Shown in pieces: positions 53,637-63,607 of a stretch of DNA of 64,000 bases (its first letter is position 1; the number at the start of each line of letters is the position of its first letter). The translations under genes were made by a program, and so were the position numbers. Source of the DNA: Candidatus Saccharimonadota bacterium (GTDB taxonomy: Bacteria; Patescibacteriota; Saccharimonadia; CAILAD01; BJGX01); NCBI GenBank assembly GCA_016191105.1, contig JACPPH010000005.1:721-64720 (forward strand). Reading direction: 5' to 3'. Under the pieces are notes generated by a model. It worked only from the letters and a program-made list of their open reading frames with translations. It was not told the origin of the DNA and did not search any database.

Positions 53637-54069
53637 GAACAAAGGCTTTTTAAAAGGAGCGATAGTTGGCGGCATTGTGGCCGGTGTAGCTGCGTTGTTG
53701 TATGCACCCAAAAGCGGTAAAGAAACCCGCGCCGAACTCAAAAAAAAGTTAGACGACACTCACAAAGATCTAAGCGCAATGGTAGCCGAAGCCAAAAAGT
53801 CCGGCTCCACTGAGGCCAAAAAGTTAGCCGAGAGGGGTGATCAAATGTTAACCCAGTTAGCCAACCGAAGTGGTGATTTGGGCAAGAGTACCAAAAAAGT
53901 TAGCAAAGTCGCAACCGATGAAAGTAAGCTATTGGTTCATCGCGCCTCAGAGCTAATGGCTGAGATATCAAAGTCAACCAAAAAAGTTATTCGCCAGGGT
54001 CAAAGAGAATACAACAAGATTCAAAAAAAGAATCAGGCCAACAAAGCCAAGCCTAATACTGGCAAGTAA
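53629..54069 (+). CDS. YtxH-like membrane-anchored stress protein
   Basis: GFLKGAIVGGIVAGVAALLYAPKSGKETR N-terminus followed by a Lys-rich helical region. Confidence 0.5.
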   Translation: MSKNKGFLKGAIVGGIVAGVAALLYAPKSGKETRAELKKKLDDTHKDLSAMVAEAKKSGSTEAKKLAERGDQMLTQLANRSGDLGKSTKKVSKVATDESKLLVHRASELMAEISKSTKKVIRQGQREYNKIQKKNQANKAKPNTGK

Positions 54070-54329
54070 TGTCCAACAAGACCAACGAGCCAAGAAATCA
54101 GGAAGTTAAGCTTCAAAATAGTTTGGCGTTTGATCAGATTGCCGAGCTGTTACACAACAAACGCAAGCTATTCTGGCTTAATGTTAAAACCGGCTTTGTA
54201 CGTGGCTTCGCCGGCGTATTAGGGGCTGCTCTAGCCATAGTTGTTATTGGGTTCTTGGTGTCGGCCTTGGGTGGATTGCCGGTAATTGGGCAGTTTTTGC
54301 ATACTTTGAATGCAGCTACAACTAAATAA
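54069..54329 (+). CDS. small membrane protein, hypothetical
   Basis: 86 aa, one TM helix. Confidence 0.35.
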   Translation: MSNKTNEPRNQEVKLQNSLAFDQIAELLHNKRKLFWLNVKTGFVRGFAGVLGAALAIVVIGFLVSALGGLPVIGQFLHTLNAATTK

Positions 54330-54362
54330 CTAGCCTAAATACTTAGTTTTGGGGTAGGTGCT

Positions 54363-54396
54363 AAGGCTAGCTACCGATCCGTAGGTTTTCTCTCCT
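54363..54396. terminator. 13-bp perfect-stem hairpin (ACCGATCCGTAGG-N8-CCTACGGATCGGT), bidirectional terminator
   Basis: Lies between the convergent 54069..54329 (+) and 54429..54815 (-) genes. Confidence 0.55.
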
Positions 54397-54428
54397 ACGG
54401 ATCGGTTATTGGGCGGGTCTTTTTGGTG

Positions 54429-54815
54429 TCAACCAGCTCGAGCGTGCACCCAGGACAGGCTGTGATGCTGCCGCCCGAGCTCCCTTAAGTAATCCTGGTG
54501 GATCCTAATGAGCAGTCCGCGAGCCACCTCCTCGGACTCGCCACCGATCTCGCGGAGTGTTCGACGGCCACCTTGGCGGTGGAACACAACCCCGCAGTCA
54601 ATCTGAGGGTCGGGATCGAAGAAGCTGATGGTCTCGATGATCGTATGGGCCATCGAAGTACGTACAACGACCTCAATATCCCACTCACCAACACGGAATC
54701 TGGATTCGTAAACACGACCATCTTCTTTGTCGGTCTTGCGAATGGGCCGGCCGGCACCAGAGACCAGCGTTTCGAGAAGCGCCGTACACTTTTCGGTTGT
54801 CAACTTGGTAGGCAT
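54429..54815 (-). CDS. hypothetical protein in a GC-rich (~57%) islet
   Basis: 128 aa with Arg/Glu-rich composition unlike the backbone. Confidence 0.4.
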   Translation of the reverse strand: MPTKLTTEKCTALLETLVSGAGRPIRKTDKEDGRVYESRFRVGEWDIEVVVRTSMAHTIIETISFFDPDPQIDCGVVFHRQGGRRTLREIGGESEEVARGLLIRIHQDYLRELGRQHHSLSWVHARAG

Positions 54816-54935
54816 AAAATCTCCTTATTGAGTAGCCTTGCCTTTCAAAGTAGCAGCATTATAGTACAAAAATCGGAGTTTATCAACTACCAATCGGCAT
54901 GAGCAGTTTGCTATAATAAATCTCTAAGGGGAAAA

Positions 54936-57900
54936 ATGGCGGATAGCAACAAAGAGGCCAATGGAGTTATGCAAAAGGCTCGGCAAGCACCGGGCTTTGT
55001 GGATTTTGTGCACTTGCACAACCACACCCACTACAGTTTGCTCGACGGCCTACAGAAGATACCAGGTTTAATAGACAGGGTAGAGGCCATGGGGCAGCAA
55101 GCGGTAGCCATCACCGACCACGGCACGCTGTCGGGCGCAATTGAGTTTTACAAGTCCTGCACGGAGCGCGGCATAAAACCAATCATTGGTATCGAAACCT
55201 ATGTTGCTCCGCGCAGCTATAAGGACAAAAATAGTGCCGAAGATCGCAACCCTTTTCACCTAATTTTGTTAGCCAAAAATAACATCGGCTACCAAAACCT
55301 AATGAAGTTAAGTACCATTGCCAACTTAGATGGGTTTTACTATAAGCCACGCATCGACCACGAGCTCCTAGAAAAATATCATGAGGGGCTAATTTGTCTT
55401 TCTGGCTGCATTGGTGGTGAGGTCGGCACTTATATATTGAATGATGAATATGATCGAGCTGTAGAAACAGCCAAGCTGTACAAGCAGATTATGGGGTCAG
55501 ATAATTATTACCTCGAAATGCAACCGCACACAGAGTGGGAGCCACAACAAAAGGTCAACACGGCATTGCGCCAGATTTCCAAGGAGCTCAATATACCACT
55601 AGTGGTAACCGGCGACGCCCACTATACGCTTGCCGACGATCACTATCCGCATGACATTTTACTGTGTGTGCAAACTGGCAGCACCGTCGAGGATCCCAAT
55701 CGCATGAAGCTCGAGCAAGATCTAAGTGTTAATGACGGCGAATCTTTTATGGCCAAGTTTAAAGATACCCCCGAGGCTATTTATAACACTGTCAAGATTG
55801 CCAAAATGTGTAATATAAGCATAGAAATGGGCAAGATCTTGATACCAAAATTCGATGTACCTGAGGGCGAGACCGAAAAAAGTTACTTACGCAAACTGGT
55901 ATTTAGAGGCGCCGCCAATCGCTATACCGATACTCCCAAGGAAGATTTACCCGGCTTAAGTGAGGGGCAGGTAAAGGCCAAGCTGCCGGCTGAAGTTTTA
56001 GAAAGAATCGATTTTGAATTAGGTGTAATTGGCGACATGGGCTACGAAGGCTACATGCTAATCGTGGCAGATCTTATAAACTGGAGTAAAAATCAGGGTA
56101 TTGTGTGCGGACCTGGACGCGGATCAGCCGCCGGTAGCATAATTGCCTATGTTACTAACATTACTGAGTTAGACCCACTTAAATACGATCTATTGTTTGA
56201 GCGGTTCTTAAACCCCGACCGCATTAGTATGCCCGATATCGATATGGACTACGCCGATGACCGGCGTGAGGAGGTGATTCAATATGCCACCGAAAAATAC
56301 GGTCAAGAGAGGGTGGCTCAGATTATTACCTTTGGAATCATGGCAGCTCGTAACGCTGTGCGCGATACTGGCCGGGTTTTAGGCATGCCCTATGGCGAAG
56401 TCGATGCTATTGCCAAGTTAATACCGGCACCCATACAAGGCCGACATATTCCGCTGGCCAAATCAATTGTCGACAATGCCGAGCTTAAGAAAGAATACGA
56501 CTCGAATCCCAGAGCCAAGGAGTTGATAGATGTGGCGGTTCGGCTCGAGGGCACAATCCGCAATGCTGGCACCCATGCCGCCGGCGTAGTGATCGCCCCC
56601 GAGAACCTGGTGGAATACGTGCCACTAACTAGAGCCAGTAAGGGCGGTGTGGCCACCCAATACACCATGTTTCCGATCGAAGACCTGGGCTTGTTAAAGT
56701 TTGATTTCTTGGGCTTAAGCAACTTAACTATCATCAAAAATGCTCTGCGCATAATTCGCAAGGTTTACGACAAAGAAATCGATGTTACCGAGATCCCGGT
56801 CGATGACCCCAAAACCTTTGAATTATTAAGTAGTGGTGATACCACCGGCGTATTTCAACTTGAGTCGGCAGGCATGAAGCGCTACTTAAAAGAACTTAAA
56901 CCGACTGTGTTTGAAGACATTATTGCTATGGTGGCGCTGTATCGCCCTGGGCCCATGCAATGGATCGATGATTTTATTAACCGCAAACACAACCCAGAGC
57001 TGGTACAGTTCGATCACCCTAAAATGGAAAACGCCCTTTCTAACACCTATGGCGTGATTGTGTATCAAGAACAGGTTATGCAGCTAGCCAAGGATCTCTC
57101 GGGCTTTACCGGTGGTCAGGCCGACACTCTGCGTAAGGGTATTGGTAAAAAGATTCCAGAGGTTTTGGCCAAGATGAAAAAAGACTTTATTGAGGGTGCC
57201 ATTAAAACTAGCAATGTCGATAGGCAATTCGTGGAAAAGCTCTGGAGGAGCCTCGAAGACTTTGCGGCCTATTGTTTTAACAAGTGTCACTCGGCCTGCT
57301 ATGCGCTGATTGCTGTTCAAACCGCCTGGCTCAAAGCCCATTACCCGGTGGCCTTTATGGCGGCGCTGCTAACTAGTGATCACGAAAACTTAGATCGTAT
57401 AGCTATCGAGGTGGCCGAGTGCCGCAAGATGGGAATCGAGGTATTGCCGCCCGATGTCAATGAATCATTCTCAGAGTTTGCGGTGGTGCCAGAGAGTGAG
57501 AACATTCGTTTTGGACTGGGTGCGGTTAAGAACGTGGGACTGGGCCCGGTCGAAAAGATACTCGAGGCTAGAAGCAAAGATGGCAAGTTCAAAAGCCTAG
57601 AAGATTTTTGCCAGCGCGTTGATGCCACAGTTATTAACAAAAAAGTTATGGAGTCGCTCATTAAGTGCGGGGCCTTTGACTCTATGGGTGATCGCGACAC
57701 TATGCTGCATAATGTCGACAAGATTATCACTTACGCAGCTCGGGCTCAAAAAAACGCCTTAAGTGGCCAGATCGATATATTTGGCGCCCTAAATATGCAC
57801 GAAGAGGTGCCGCCGTTGCATTTGGACACACCTACCGAGAAGGCCGATTCGCGCCAGCACCTTATGTGGGAGAGAGAATTGCTAGGTCTTTACCTTAGTT

Positions 57901-58559
57901 CGCATCCGCTCGATGATTACAAAAACTATCTACTAACCAAAACAGCCAGCATGGCCGAGTTTACAAAGAATGACGACGGCAAGGTTGTAACGGTTGGCGG
58001 CATTATTACTAGTTTACGGAAAATATTTACCCGCAATAACGACCCCATGGCTTTTTTGCAGTTAGAAACATTGGCGGGTGATGTTGAGGTGATTGTGTTT
58101 CCAAGAACTTTCGAAAAAGCCCAGGCCCTGCTAGTACCCGACAATGTAGTTGAGATTACTGGCAAGATCAATGCTCGAGGTCGTGACGGCAAGAGCACCG
58201 AGGAGCTCAAGGTTATGGCCGACAAGTTTAAGTTGATAGATCACGAGATTGCCAAAAAAATCCCAGCTCCGGCCGAAAAGCCAGAGGAGATCGAGAAGGC
58301 CAAAACCTCGCCCCAGTATGGTAGTGTCGAGATCCGGCTGCGCTCCAGCTCCGACACTGAGCAGCTACTTAAGATTAAGGGCATTATTGATAAATTCCCC
58401 GGTACCACACCGGTTGTGTTGTACTTCGAAAATAGCCAGCAAAAGCTCAAACTCAATCAAGGTATAGATGCCCTGGGAGACTTTTTTACCGAACTTTATA
58501 AGGTTGTAGAATCTGAGAACGTAGTGCCGATCGAAAAGCAGGCGGCTGTAGCTTCGTAA
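54936..58559 (+). CDS. dnaE: DNA polymerase III alpha subunit
   Basis: PHP domain (HLHNHTHYSLLDG), polymerase core, OB fold; 1207 aa. Confidence 0.95.
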   Translation: MADSNKEANGVMQKARQAPGFVDFVHLHNHTHYSLLDGLQKIPGLIDRVEAMGQQAVAITDHGTLSGAIEFYKSCTERGIKPIIGIETYVAPRSYKDKNSAEDRNPFHLILLAKNNIGYQNLMKLSTIANLDGFYYKPRIDHELLEKYHEGLICLSGCIGGEVGTYILNDEYDRAVETAKLYKQIMGSDNYYLEMQPHTEWEPQQKVNTALRQISKELNIPLVVTGDAHYTLADDHYPHDILLCVQTGSTVEDPNRMKLEQDLSVNDGESFMAKFKDTPEAIYNTVKIAKMCNISIEMGKILIPKFDVPEGETEKSYLRKLVFRGAANRYTDTPKEDLPGLSEGQVKAKLPAEVLERIDFELGVIGDMGYEGYMLIVADLINWSKNQGIVCGPGRGSAAGSIIAYVTNITELDPLKYDLLFERFLNPDRISMPDIDMDYADDRREEVIQYATEKYGQERVAQIITFGIMAARNAVRDTGRVLGMPYGEVDAIAKLIPAPIQGRHIPLAKSIVDNAELKKEYDSNPRAKELIDVAVRLEGTIRNAGTHAAGVVIAPENLVEYVPLTRASKGGVATQYTMFPIEDLGLLKFDFLGLSNLTIIKNALRIIRKVYDKEIDVTEIPVDDPKTFELLSSGDTTGVFQLESAGMKRYLKELKPTVFEDIIAMVALYRPGPMQWIDDFINRKHNPELVQFDHPKMENALSNTYGVIVYQEQVMQLAKDLSGFTGGQADTLRKGIGKKIPEVLAKMKKDFIEGAIKTSNVDRQFVEKLWRSLEDFAAYCFNKCHSACYALIAVQTAWLKAHYPVAFMAALLTSDHENLDRIAIEVAECRKMGIEVLPPDVNESFSEFAVVPESENIRFGLGAVKNVGLGPVEKILEARSKDGKFKSLEDFCQRVDATVINKKVMESLIKCGAFDSMGDRDTMLHNVDKIITYAARAQKNALSGQIDIFGALNMHEEVPPLHLDTPTEKADSRQHLMWERELLGLYLSSHPLDDYKNYLLTKTASMAEFTKNDDGKVVTVGGIITSLRKIFTRNNDPMAFLQLETLAGDVEVIVFPRTFEKAQALLVPDNVVEITGKINARGRDGKSTEELKVMADKFKLIDHEIAKKIPAPAEKPEEIEKAKTSPQYGSVEIRLRSSSDTEQLLKIKGIIDKFPGTTPVVLYFENSQQKLKLNQGIDALGDFFTELYKVVESENVVPIEKQAAVAS

Positions 58560-58611
58560 CTGAAAGACCCCCGAAGGGGCCCTTCAGGGGTTTGAGGTGA
58601 GTGGTCAGCTG

Positions 58612-58803
58612 CTAACAGATCCAGCGTCTCACGATGAGCAGGACCAGGCGAGCGATCAGGAAGGGCAGCCAGAAGCCGCCAACCAGTAGGCGTTCGCCAA
58701 TTTCTGGTTCGTACTTCCAAGCTCCTTGGACGAGCCAGAGCCATGCGAATCCGAACACAGCACCAATCAGGTACAGAACCAGGATCCATTCCCACCAGAT
58801 CAT
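58612..58803 (-). CDS. small 2-TM membrane protein, translationally coupled to the upstream PadR-like gene
   Basis: MIWWEWILVLYLIGAVFGF...; ATGA stop/start overlap at 58800-58803; GC-rich. Confidence 0.45.
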   Translation of the reverse strand: MIWWEWILVLYLIGAVFGFAWLWLVQGAWKYEPEIGERLLVGGFWLPFLIARLVLLIVRRWIC

Positions 58804-59234
58804 GTGGTTGCTTTTCTTCTGTGCCCAGTCAGTAGCTCCCGGCCGACCGGTGTGATGGTGTAGAACTCGCGCTCCACCACGTCTTCTGGGTGCGTTGCTG
58901 GTCTGGCGTTCTTCATCTCGCTCTCGATGTAGCCAGAACTCTCGAGCTGCCACAGGATCTTGCCGAGCACCTCGTTGGCAGGTGTCCCCCAAAACGCTCT
59001 CCGGATCATGCTGGCTGTTCTTGGCCTGCCGTCTGTCAGGACACCCAACACGCCTTGCCGATACCTGTCGACCATGCCACGAGCGTATTGATCGCCAAAC
59101 CACTGCCAGGCGATTGTCGTTGGTACTGACAACAAGAGGATCTTGATCCCCAGCAGCTCATCACTGCCGTAGACGAGCGTCAGCAGGACGCCGCTCCTTG
59201 ATAGATAGTGGGTGGGTGCGACTTTCGCGATCAT
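58800..59234 (-). CDS. PadR-family transcriptional regulator
   Basis: RRAFWGTPANEVLGKILWQLESSGYIESE...REFYTITPVGRELL matches the PadR wing/recognition-helix consensus. Confidence 0.55.
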   Translation of the reverse strand: MIAKVAPTHYLSRSGVLLTLVYGSDELLGIKILLLSVPTTIAWQWFGDQYARGMVDRYRQGVLGVLTDGRPRTASMIRRAFWGTPANEVLGKILWQLESSGYIESEMKNARPATHPEDVVEREFYTITPVGRELLTGHRRKATT

Positions 59235-59277
59235 TATACAGGTGCTTGAAATTAATTACCAGATGTGCTAAAATTTT

Positions 59278-59982
59278 GTGGTTATGAACAAACTAGCTAG
59301 CATAGAAAAAGCCCAATTAAAGACCAAATTGCCCAGTGTGCGTGTAGGCGACACCGTGCGTGTACACCAGCTAATTCGCGAAGGCAACAAGCAACGGGTG
59401 CAGGTATTCGAAGGTTTGGCAATTCGTTACCGAAAAGTCAACAGCCTGCAAGCTTTTATTACTGTTCGCAAAATTGCTAGCGGCATAGGTGTTGAAAAAA
59501 GTTGGTTTGTGCACAGTCCTAATGTTCAAAAAATCGAAGTTGTTAAGCGCAGCAAGGTGCGCCGAGCAGTCTTAAGCTATATGCGCGAACGCCGTGGCAA
59601 ATCGGCCCGCATGAGTGAGCTCGAGTTTGATAAAGCCGGCACCAACGAGGCCGATACTCGCACGGCTGCTCAAATTGCCGCCGAAGAACAAGCCAATTCG
59701 CTGGCCAGCGAAGCCGAAACCGAAGCCAAGCTCGATGGTGATGCTAAAGGAAAAGATGATGCTTTAAATCAAGCCGACACCGAAAGCTTAGACCAGGAGG
59801 TTAAGCAAGAAGATAAGGCTGCCAGTAAAGACGATCCTTCGGGAGCCGACGATGCCGTGCGAAAAGGTGCCACTCAAGAAGAGAAAGTTCAAGCCGATGG
59901 TGATGACGAGGCTCAAACCCCAGCCGAAGAAGTCCAAGAGGGCCTAGATAAAGCCCAAACTCAAGAAGACAAAGGCAAATAA
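59278..59982 (+). CDS. rplS: 50S ribosomal protein L19 with a long acidic/Lys-rich C-terminal extension
   Basis: Conserved L19 core (VRVGDTVRVH...EGNKQRVQVFEG) plus a ~120-aa low-complexity tail. Confidence 0.85.
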   Translation: MVMNKLASIEKAQLKTKLPSVRVGDTVRVHQLIREGNKQRVQVFEGLAIRYRKVNSLQAFITVRKIASGIGVEKSWFVHSPNVQKIEVVKRSKVRRAVLSYMRERRGKSARMSELEFDKAGTNEADTRTAAQIAAEEQANSLASEAETEAKLDGDAKGKDDALNQADTESLDQEVKQEDKAASKDDPSGADDAVRKGATQEEKVQADGDDEAQTPAEEVQEGLDKAQTQEDKGK

Positions 59983-60039
59983 TAGATACAGCAATTTGTA
60001 AAAAGGCTCTACGGAGCCTTTTTTGATATACTTCAAATA

Positions 60040-60300
60040 ATGATTGTTGAAAAGAAAATATTACCAGAATATTTTGAGCTAGTTAAAAGTGGCAAGAAGA
60101 TGTATGACTTTCGGTTGGCAGACTTTGACATTAATCCTGGCGACACACTCATTCTTAAAGAATGGGATGAAACTAAGAAGACCTTTACGGGCCGTGAAGT
60201 AAAAAAGCAGGTTTCCTATGTTGGCAAGACAAAAGGGGACACTACTTGGACACAAAAGGAGATTGATAAATACGGATATCAGATAATCAGCTTTAAATAA
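60040..60300 (+). CDS. DUF3850/ASCH-like small protein
   Basis: 86 aa, YFELVKSGKKMYDFRLADFDINPGDTLILKEW pattern. Confidence 0.45.
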   Translation: MIVEKKILPEYFELVKSGKKMYDFRLADFDINPGDTLILKEWDETKKTFTGREVKKQVSYVGKTKGDTTWTQKEIDKYGYQIISFK

Positions 60301-60315
60301 GGTATAATTCAGTGC

Positions 60316-60927
60316 ATGAGGGTGAGTGCAGGATATTCTATGGAAAAAGCAATGCAGGCAAAAGGCAGCTTACTGGTTTGCGGTATCGACGAGGTCGGCC
60401 GTGGCTGTTTGGCTGGCCCATTGGTGGCCGCAGCTGTGGTGTTGCCGGCAGGTTGTGAGCTCGAACTATACGACTCTAAAATGCTCTCACCAATTGAGCG
60501 CTTGCAGCTCGCTAACTTGGTGTCTGAAGAGGCAATTGCTGCCGGTACTGGTTGGGTTAAGAATACCGAAATCGATGAGCACGGCATGGCTTGGGCATTG
60601 CGCGAGGCCTACGAGCGAGCCCTCGAAGATATGGAATGCGAGGTAAGCCAGATATTTTTGGATGGCAATTATAACTACCTGGCCGATTACGAAATTTGCG
60701 AGACTTGCATTAAGGGCGATCAAAAAATCGCCTGTGTGGCTGCAGCTAGTATATTGGCCAAAGTGCAGCGCGATAGATTTATGATTGAGCTGGCCGGCCA
60801 ATATCCAGAATATGGGTTTGAGACCAATGTGGGCTACGGCACCAAAAAACACAGGAATGCGGTTGAAGCCAAAGGCCTAACCGACCTACATCGTAAAAGT
60901 TTCTGCCGCTCTATTGTTCGGGCGTAG
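60316..60927 (+). CDS. rnhB: ribonuclease HII
   Basis: GIDEVGRGCLAGPLVAAAVVL active-site region; 203 aa. Confidence 0.9.
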   Translation: MRVSAGYSMEKAMQAKGSLLVCGIDEVGRGCLAGPLVAAAVVLPAGCELELYDSKMLSPIERLQLANLVSEEAIAAGTGWVKNTEIDEHGMAWALREAYERALEDMECEVSQIFLDGNYNYLADYEICETCIKGDQKIACVAAASILAKVQRDRFMIELAGQYPEYGFETNVGYGTKKHRNAVEAKGLTDLHRKSFCRSIVRA

Positions 60928-60970
60928 CGAGAACTACGGGCTAGTTCTCATTGCATTCGAACAATAAATA
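60912..60970. repeat. nested palindromic repeat, copy C (left arm overlaps the rnhB stop)
   Basis: CTATTGTTCGGGCG-TAGC-GAGAACTACGGGCTAGTTCTC...TTCGAACAATAAA. Confidence 0.65.
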
Positions 60971-61035
60971 TTGTAAAATAGCGCTGCATATCGGGGAACA
61001 CGCCTCGGTATTAGTTTCGCCGCTGGAGGCAGAAA

Positions 61036-61394
61036 TGAGAGATGAACGAAGATTCACCCGCTTTGAAGAGGCACAGCAGGTCGTGCGACTTGCCCCCGTC
61101 GTGCCAAGAGCTATGCCGCGCTCGAAGAGAGAGGCGGTCTGGCGGCTCTTCACCGATGTGCTCGAGTCGGACGAAGGAAGCGAGGTGGATCGCGCCAACT
61201 TCCGAGAGCAGGTTCGCATGCTCGAAGAGTACGAAGAGACTCTTGGGCAGAGCTTCTCCCCTGCCCCCGTACAAGCAGATCCGCGCGATGGGCTTCTCAC
61301 GACCGAGCAGTCGGTTCACGCCCGCCCAGGGAGGATCGAAGACGGCCCGCCCGTTGCCGGGCCATCAATCGGCCGCGCGCCATACTCGGGCTGA
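61036..61394 (+). CDS. hypothetical protein in a GC-rich (~63%) islet
   Basis: Arg/Glu/Pro-rich; followed by a 9-bp GC hairpin terminator at 61422-61455. Confidence 0.3.
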
Positions 61395-61503
61395 TCTGTG
61401 CCCAACCCCCTGCGGCCAAGCGCCCCGACCATCAAGGTCGGGGCGGCTGCATTTTAAGCGGCTTATGCTCGCATAAAAACCCAGACATTATTAGTATTAG
61501 GGC

Positions 61504-61860
61504 ATGAAGAATACCACTAAAGTTGGTAATAAGGGAGAGACACTAGCCTGTGAATTCTTGACTAAGAATAAGTATCGAATTATCGAGCGCAATTATCGCG
61601 ATCGGTTTTGCGAGATCGACGTAATTGCCATCAAGAAGAAAGAAATCGCATTTGTTGAGGTAAAATATAGATCTCGCACAGATTTTGGCGGGGCGGTGGG
61701 CTCAATCACGCCAGACAAGTTTAATCGAATGCAAACTTCGGCTGAATATTGGTTAAGTACCCACCCTAGATTCAGTCACATGCAGCCGAGTTTAGACGTA
61801 GTAACTATTGAAGGCTCCGGCGAGCCCGCAATTGAGCACTTAAAAAGCGTGTTTTTGTAG
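61504..61860 (+). CDS. YraN-family (UPF0102) endonuclease-fold protein
   Basis: GETLACEFLTKNKYRIIERNYR...EIDVIA...VEVKYR pattern. Confidence 0.7.
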   Translation: MKNTTKVGNKGETLACEFLTKNKYRIIERNYRDRFCEIDVIAIKKKEIAFVEVKYRSRTDFGGAVGSITPDKFNRMQTSAEYWLSTHPRFSHMQPSLDVVTIEGSGEPAIEHLKSVFL

Positions 61861-62008
61861 TCCTTCCGTAATCCTCGAGTCGAAGCGACGCATTCGACAC
61901 CGGGGATCCGGGGTGGATTCCCTGCCCGAATTCGATCGAGATCGATTCGATAGGGAATGACTATTTAGTGTTTTTGTAAAAAAGTCCGTTAGCACTCTTG
62001 ACAGGCGA

Positions 62009-62037
62009 GTGCTAAATCCGCTAGAATCGTAAGTATA
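62009..62037 (+). promoter_or_regulatory. sigma70-type promoter (TTGACA-18 bp-TAGAAT) ahead of a structured ~200-nt nusA leader
   Basis: Consensus -35 and near-consensus -10; the downstream leader has long-range complementarity CCTAACG (62092-62098) / CGTTAGG (62201-62207). Confidence 0.5.
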
Positions 62038-62246
62038 CTCAGGTACGAAGTGATGGAAGTCGGAGCAAGTTGTTGCCGGCTTTTTTTAAACCCTCCTAAC
62101 GCACATCTACAGCGAAATACTTTGTTAAAAGCTCCGGTGCGCCCTCGGCGTAGGTAATCTACGTCTCGGTTTGCTCCTCGCTCTTGCCTCGTATTTCATC
62201 TGCAGCTGAACGTTAGGACAACAAGCAAATGAAAGGATAGAAAAAC

Positions 62247-63503
62247 ATGAACAACCAATTTGTATTGGCAATCGAGCAGATTTGCGAAGAAAAGGGTATA
62301 AGTAAAGACATGGTAATCGAGGCCATCGAGGCTGCCTTGGCTGCTGCATACAAAAAGGACTTTGGTGATCGCGACCAAGAGGTGCGCGTAGTGCTCGACA
62401 GCGGTAGTGGTGCCATGCGAATTTTTGTAACCAAAGAGGTTGCAAAAGAGGTTGAGAACGACCATCTTCAGATTAGTCTAGACGAAGCCAAGAAAGTTGA
62501 TTCAGACGCCAAGCTCGAAGGCACGGTCGAGATTGAAGTCGATGACAAAGACTTTGGCCGCGTGGCCGCTCAAACTGCCAAGCAGGTAATAGTGCAGCGC
62601 ATTCGCGAGGCCGAGCGCGATGTAATCTTTAATGAGTTCGAAGACAAAGAGGGCACCATTATTAATACTGTGGTGCAACGAGCCGAGAATGGCAATGTCT
62701 ATGTCGACTTGGGTCGAGCCGTGGGTATAATGTTCCCGAACGATCAGATTGATAGCGAAAAGTATTATCCAGGCCAGCGCATAAAAGTTTATGTGGTGCG
62801 AGTCGAACAAACTCAAAAAGGTCCACAGATTGTAGTTAGCCGAACTCACCCCGACATGATCCGCAAACTGTTCGAGATGGAAGTGCCCGAAATCGCGGCC
62901 GGCACGGTTGAGATTGCCGGTATTGCCCGCGAGGCTGGTATGCGCACCAAGATAGCTGTAAAGAGTAATGCTGAGGGTGTGGATCCAGTTGGCACCTTTG
63001 TGGGTGGCCGTGGTACTCGCGTTCAGGCGGTGATGGCTGACTTGGGCGAAGAAAAAATCGACATTATTGCTTATAGTGAGGATCCTGCAGTATACATTAC
63101 CAACGCGCTTAGTCCCACCAAAGTTATAAGCGTAAAGACCGACGATGATAGCAAAAAAGCTTTGGTAAAGGTTCCGGAAGATCAGCTGAGCTTAGCGATC
63201 GGTAAGGCCGGACAAAATGTGCGCTTGGCTGCTAAACTAACCGGCTGGAATGTCGATATCGATGGTGCCGACGAGGCCGGCGTAGAGGCTACAGCCGAAG
63301 CCACCGAAGATCAAGACCAGCCCAAGCCTAAGCGCACTGGTGATCTCGAAGAATCGCTAATTGCTAGTCTAGCCGGTGATGAAAAAGACAAGGCCGCAGA
63401 AGAGCCAAAAGAAACTACTGAAGACAAAACAAGTGCAAAATCCGACAAAGCCGAAGAAAAAGCAGAAAAAACCGACAAGCCCAAAACCACCGAAGAAAAG
63501 TAG
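62247..63503 (+). CDS. nusA: transcription termination/antitermination factor NusA
   Basis: N-terminal domain, S1 and tandem KH domains, acidic C-terminal tail; 418 aa. Confidence 0.9.
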   Translation: MNNQFVLAIEQICEEKGISKDMVIEAIEAALAAAYKKDFGDRDQEVRVVLDSGSGAMRIFVTKEVAKEVENDHLQISLDEAKKVDSDAKLEGTVEIEVDDKDFGRVAAQTAKQVIVQRIREAERDVIFNEFEDKEGTIINTVVQRAENGNVYVDLGRAVGIMFPNDQIDSEKYYPGQRIKVYVVRVEQTQKGPQIVVSRTHPDMIRKLFEMEVPEIAAGTVEIAGIAREAGMRTKIAVKSNAEGVDPVGTFVGGRGTRVQAVMADLGEEKIDIIAYSEDPAVYITNALSPTKVISVKTDDDSKKALVKVPEDQLSLAIGKAGQNVRLAAKLTGWNVDIDGADEAGVEATAEATEDQDQPKPKRTGDLEESLIASLAGDEKDKAAEEPKETTEDKTSAKSDKAEEKAEKTDKPKTTEEK

Positions 63504-63607
63504 TTTTTGAAACTCCAGTAATCTCGCACCCTAGCCCGCAAACAAAATATTCGAATTTAGCTTAAAAAACAGATTGTAAGTGGTAAGATATAGAAAGGAT
63601 AAGAAGT

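Noticed and set aside
61870-61960. Cluster of 6-bp restriction-site palindromes (CTCGAG, GGATCC, GAATTC, ATCGAT) resembling a cloning polylinker
   Set aside because: Matches no known multiple-cloning site. They are embedded in longer native-looking stems. Treated as coincidental, but worth flagging if vector contamination is a concern.
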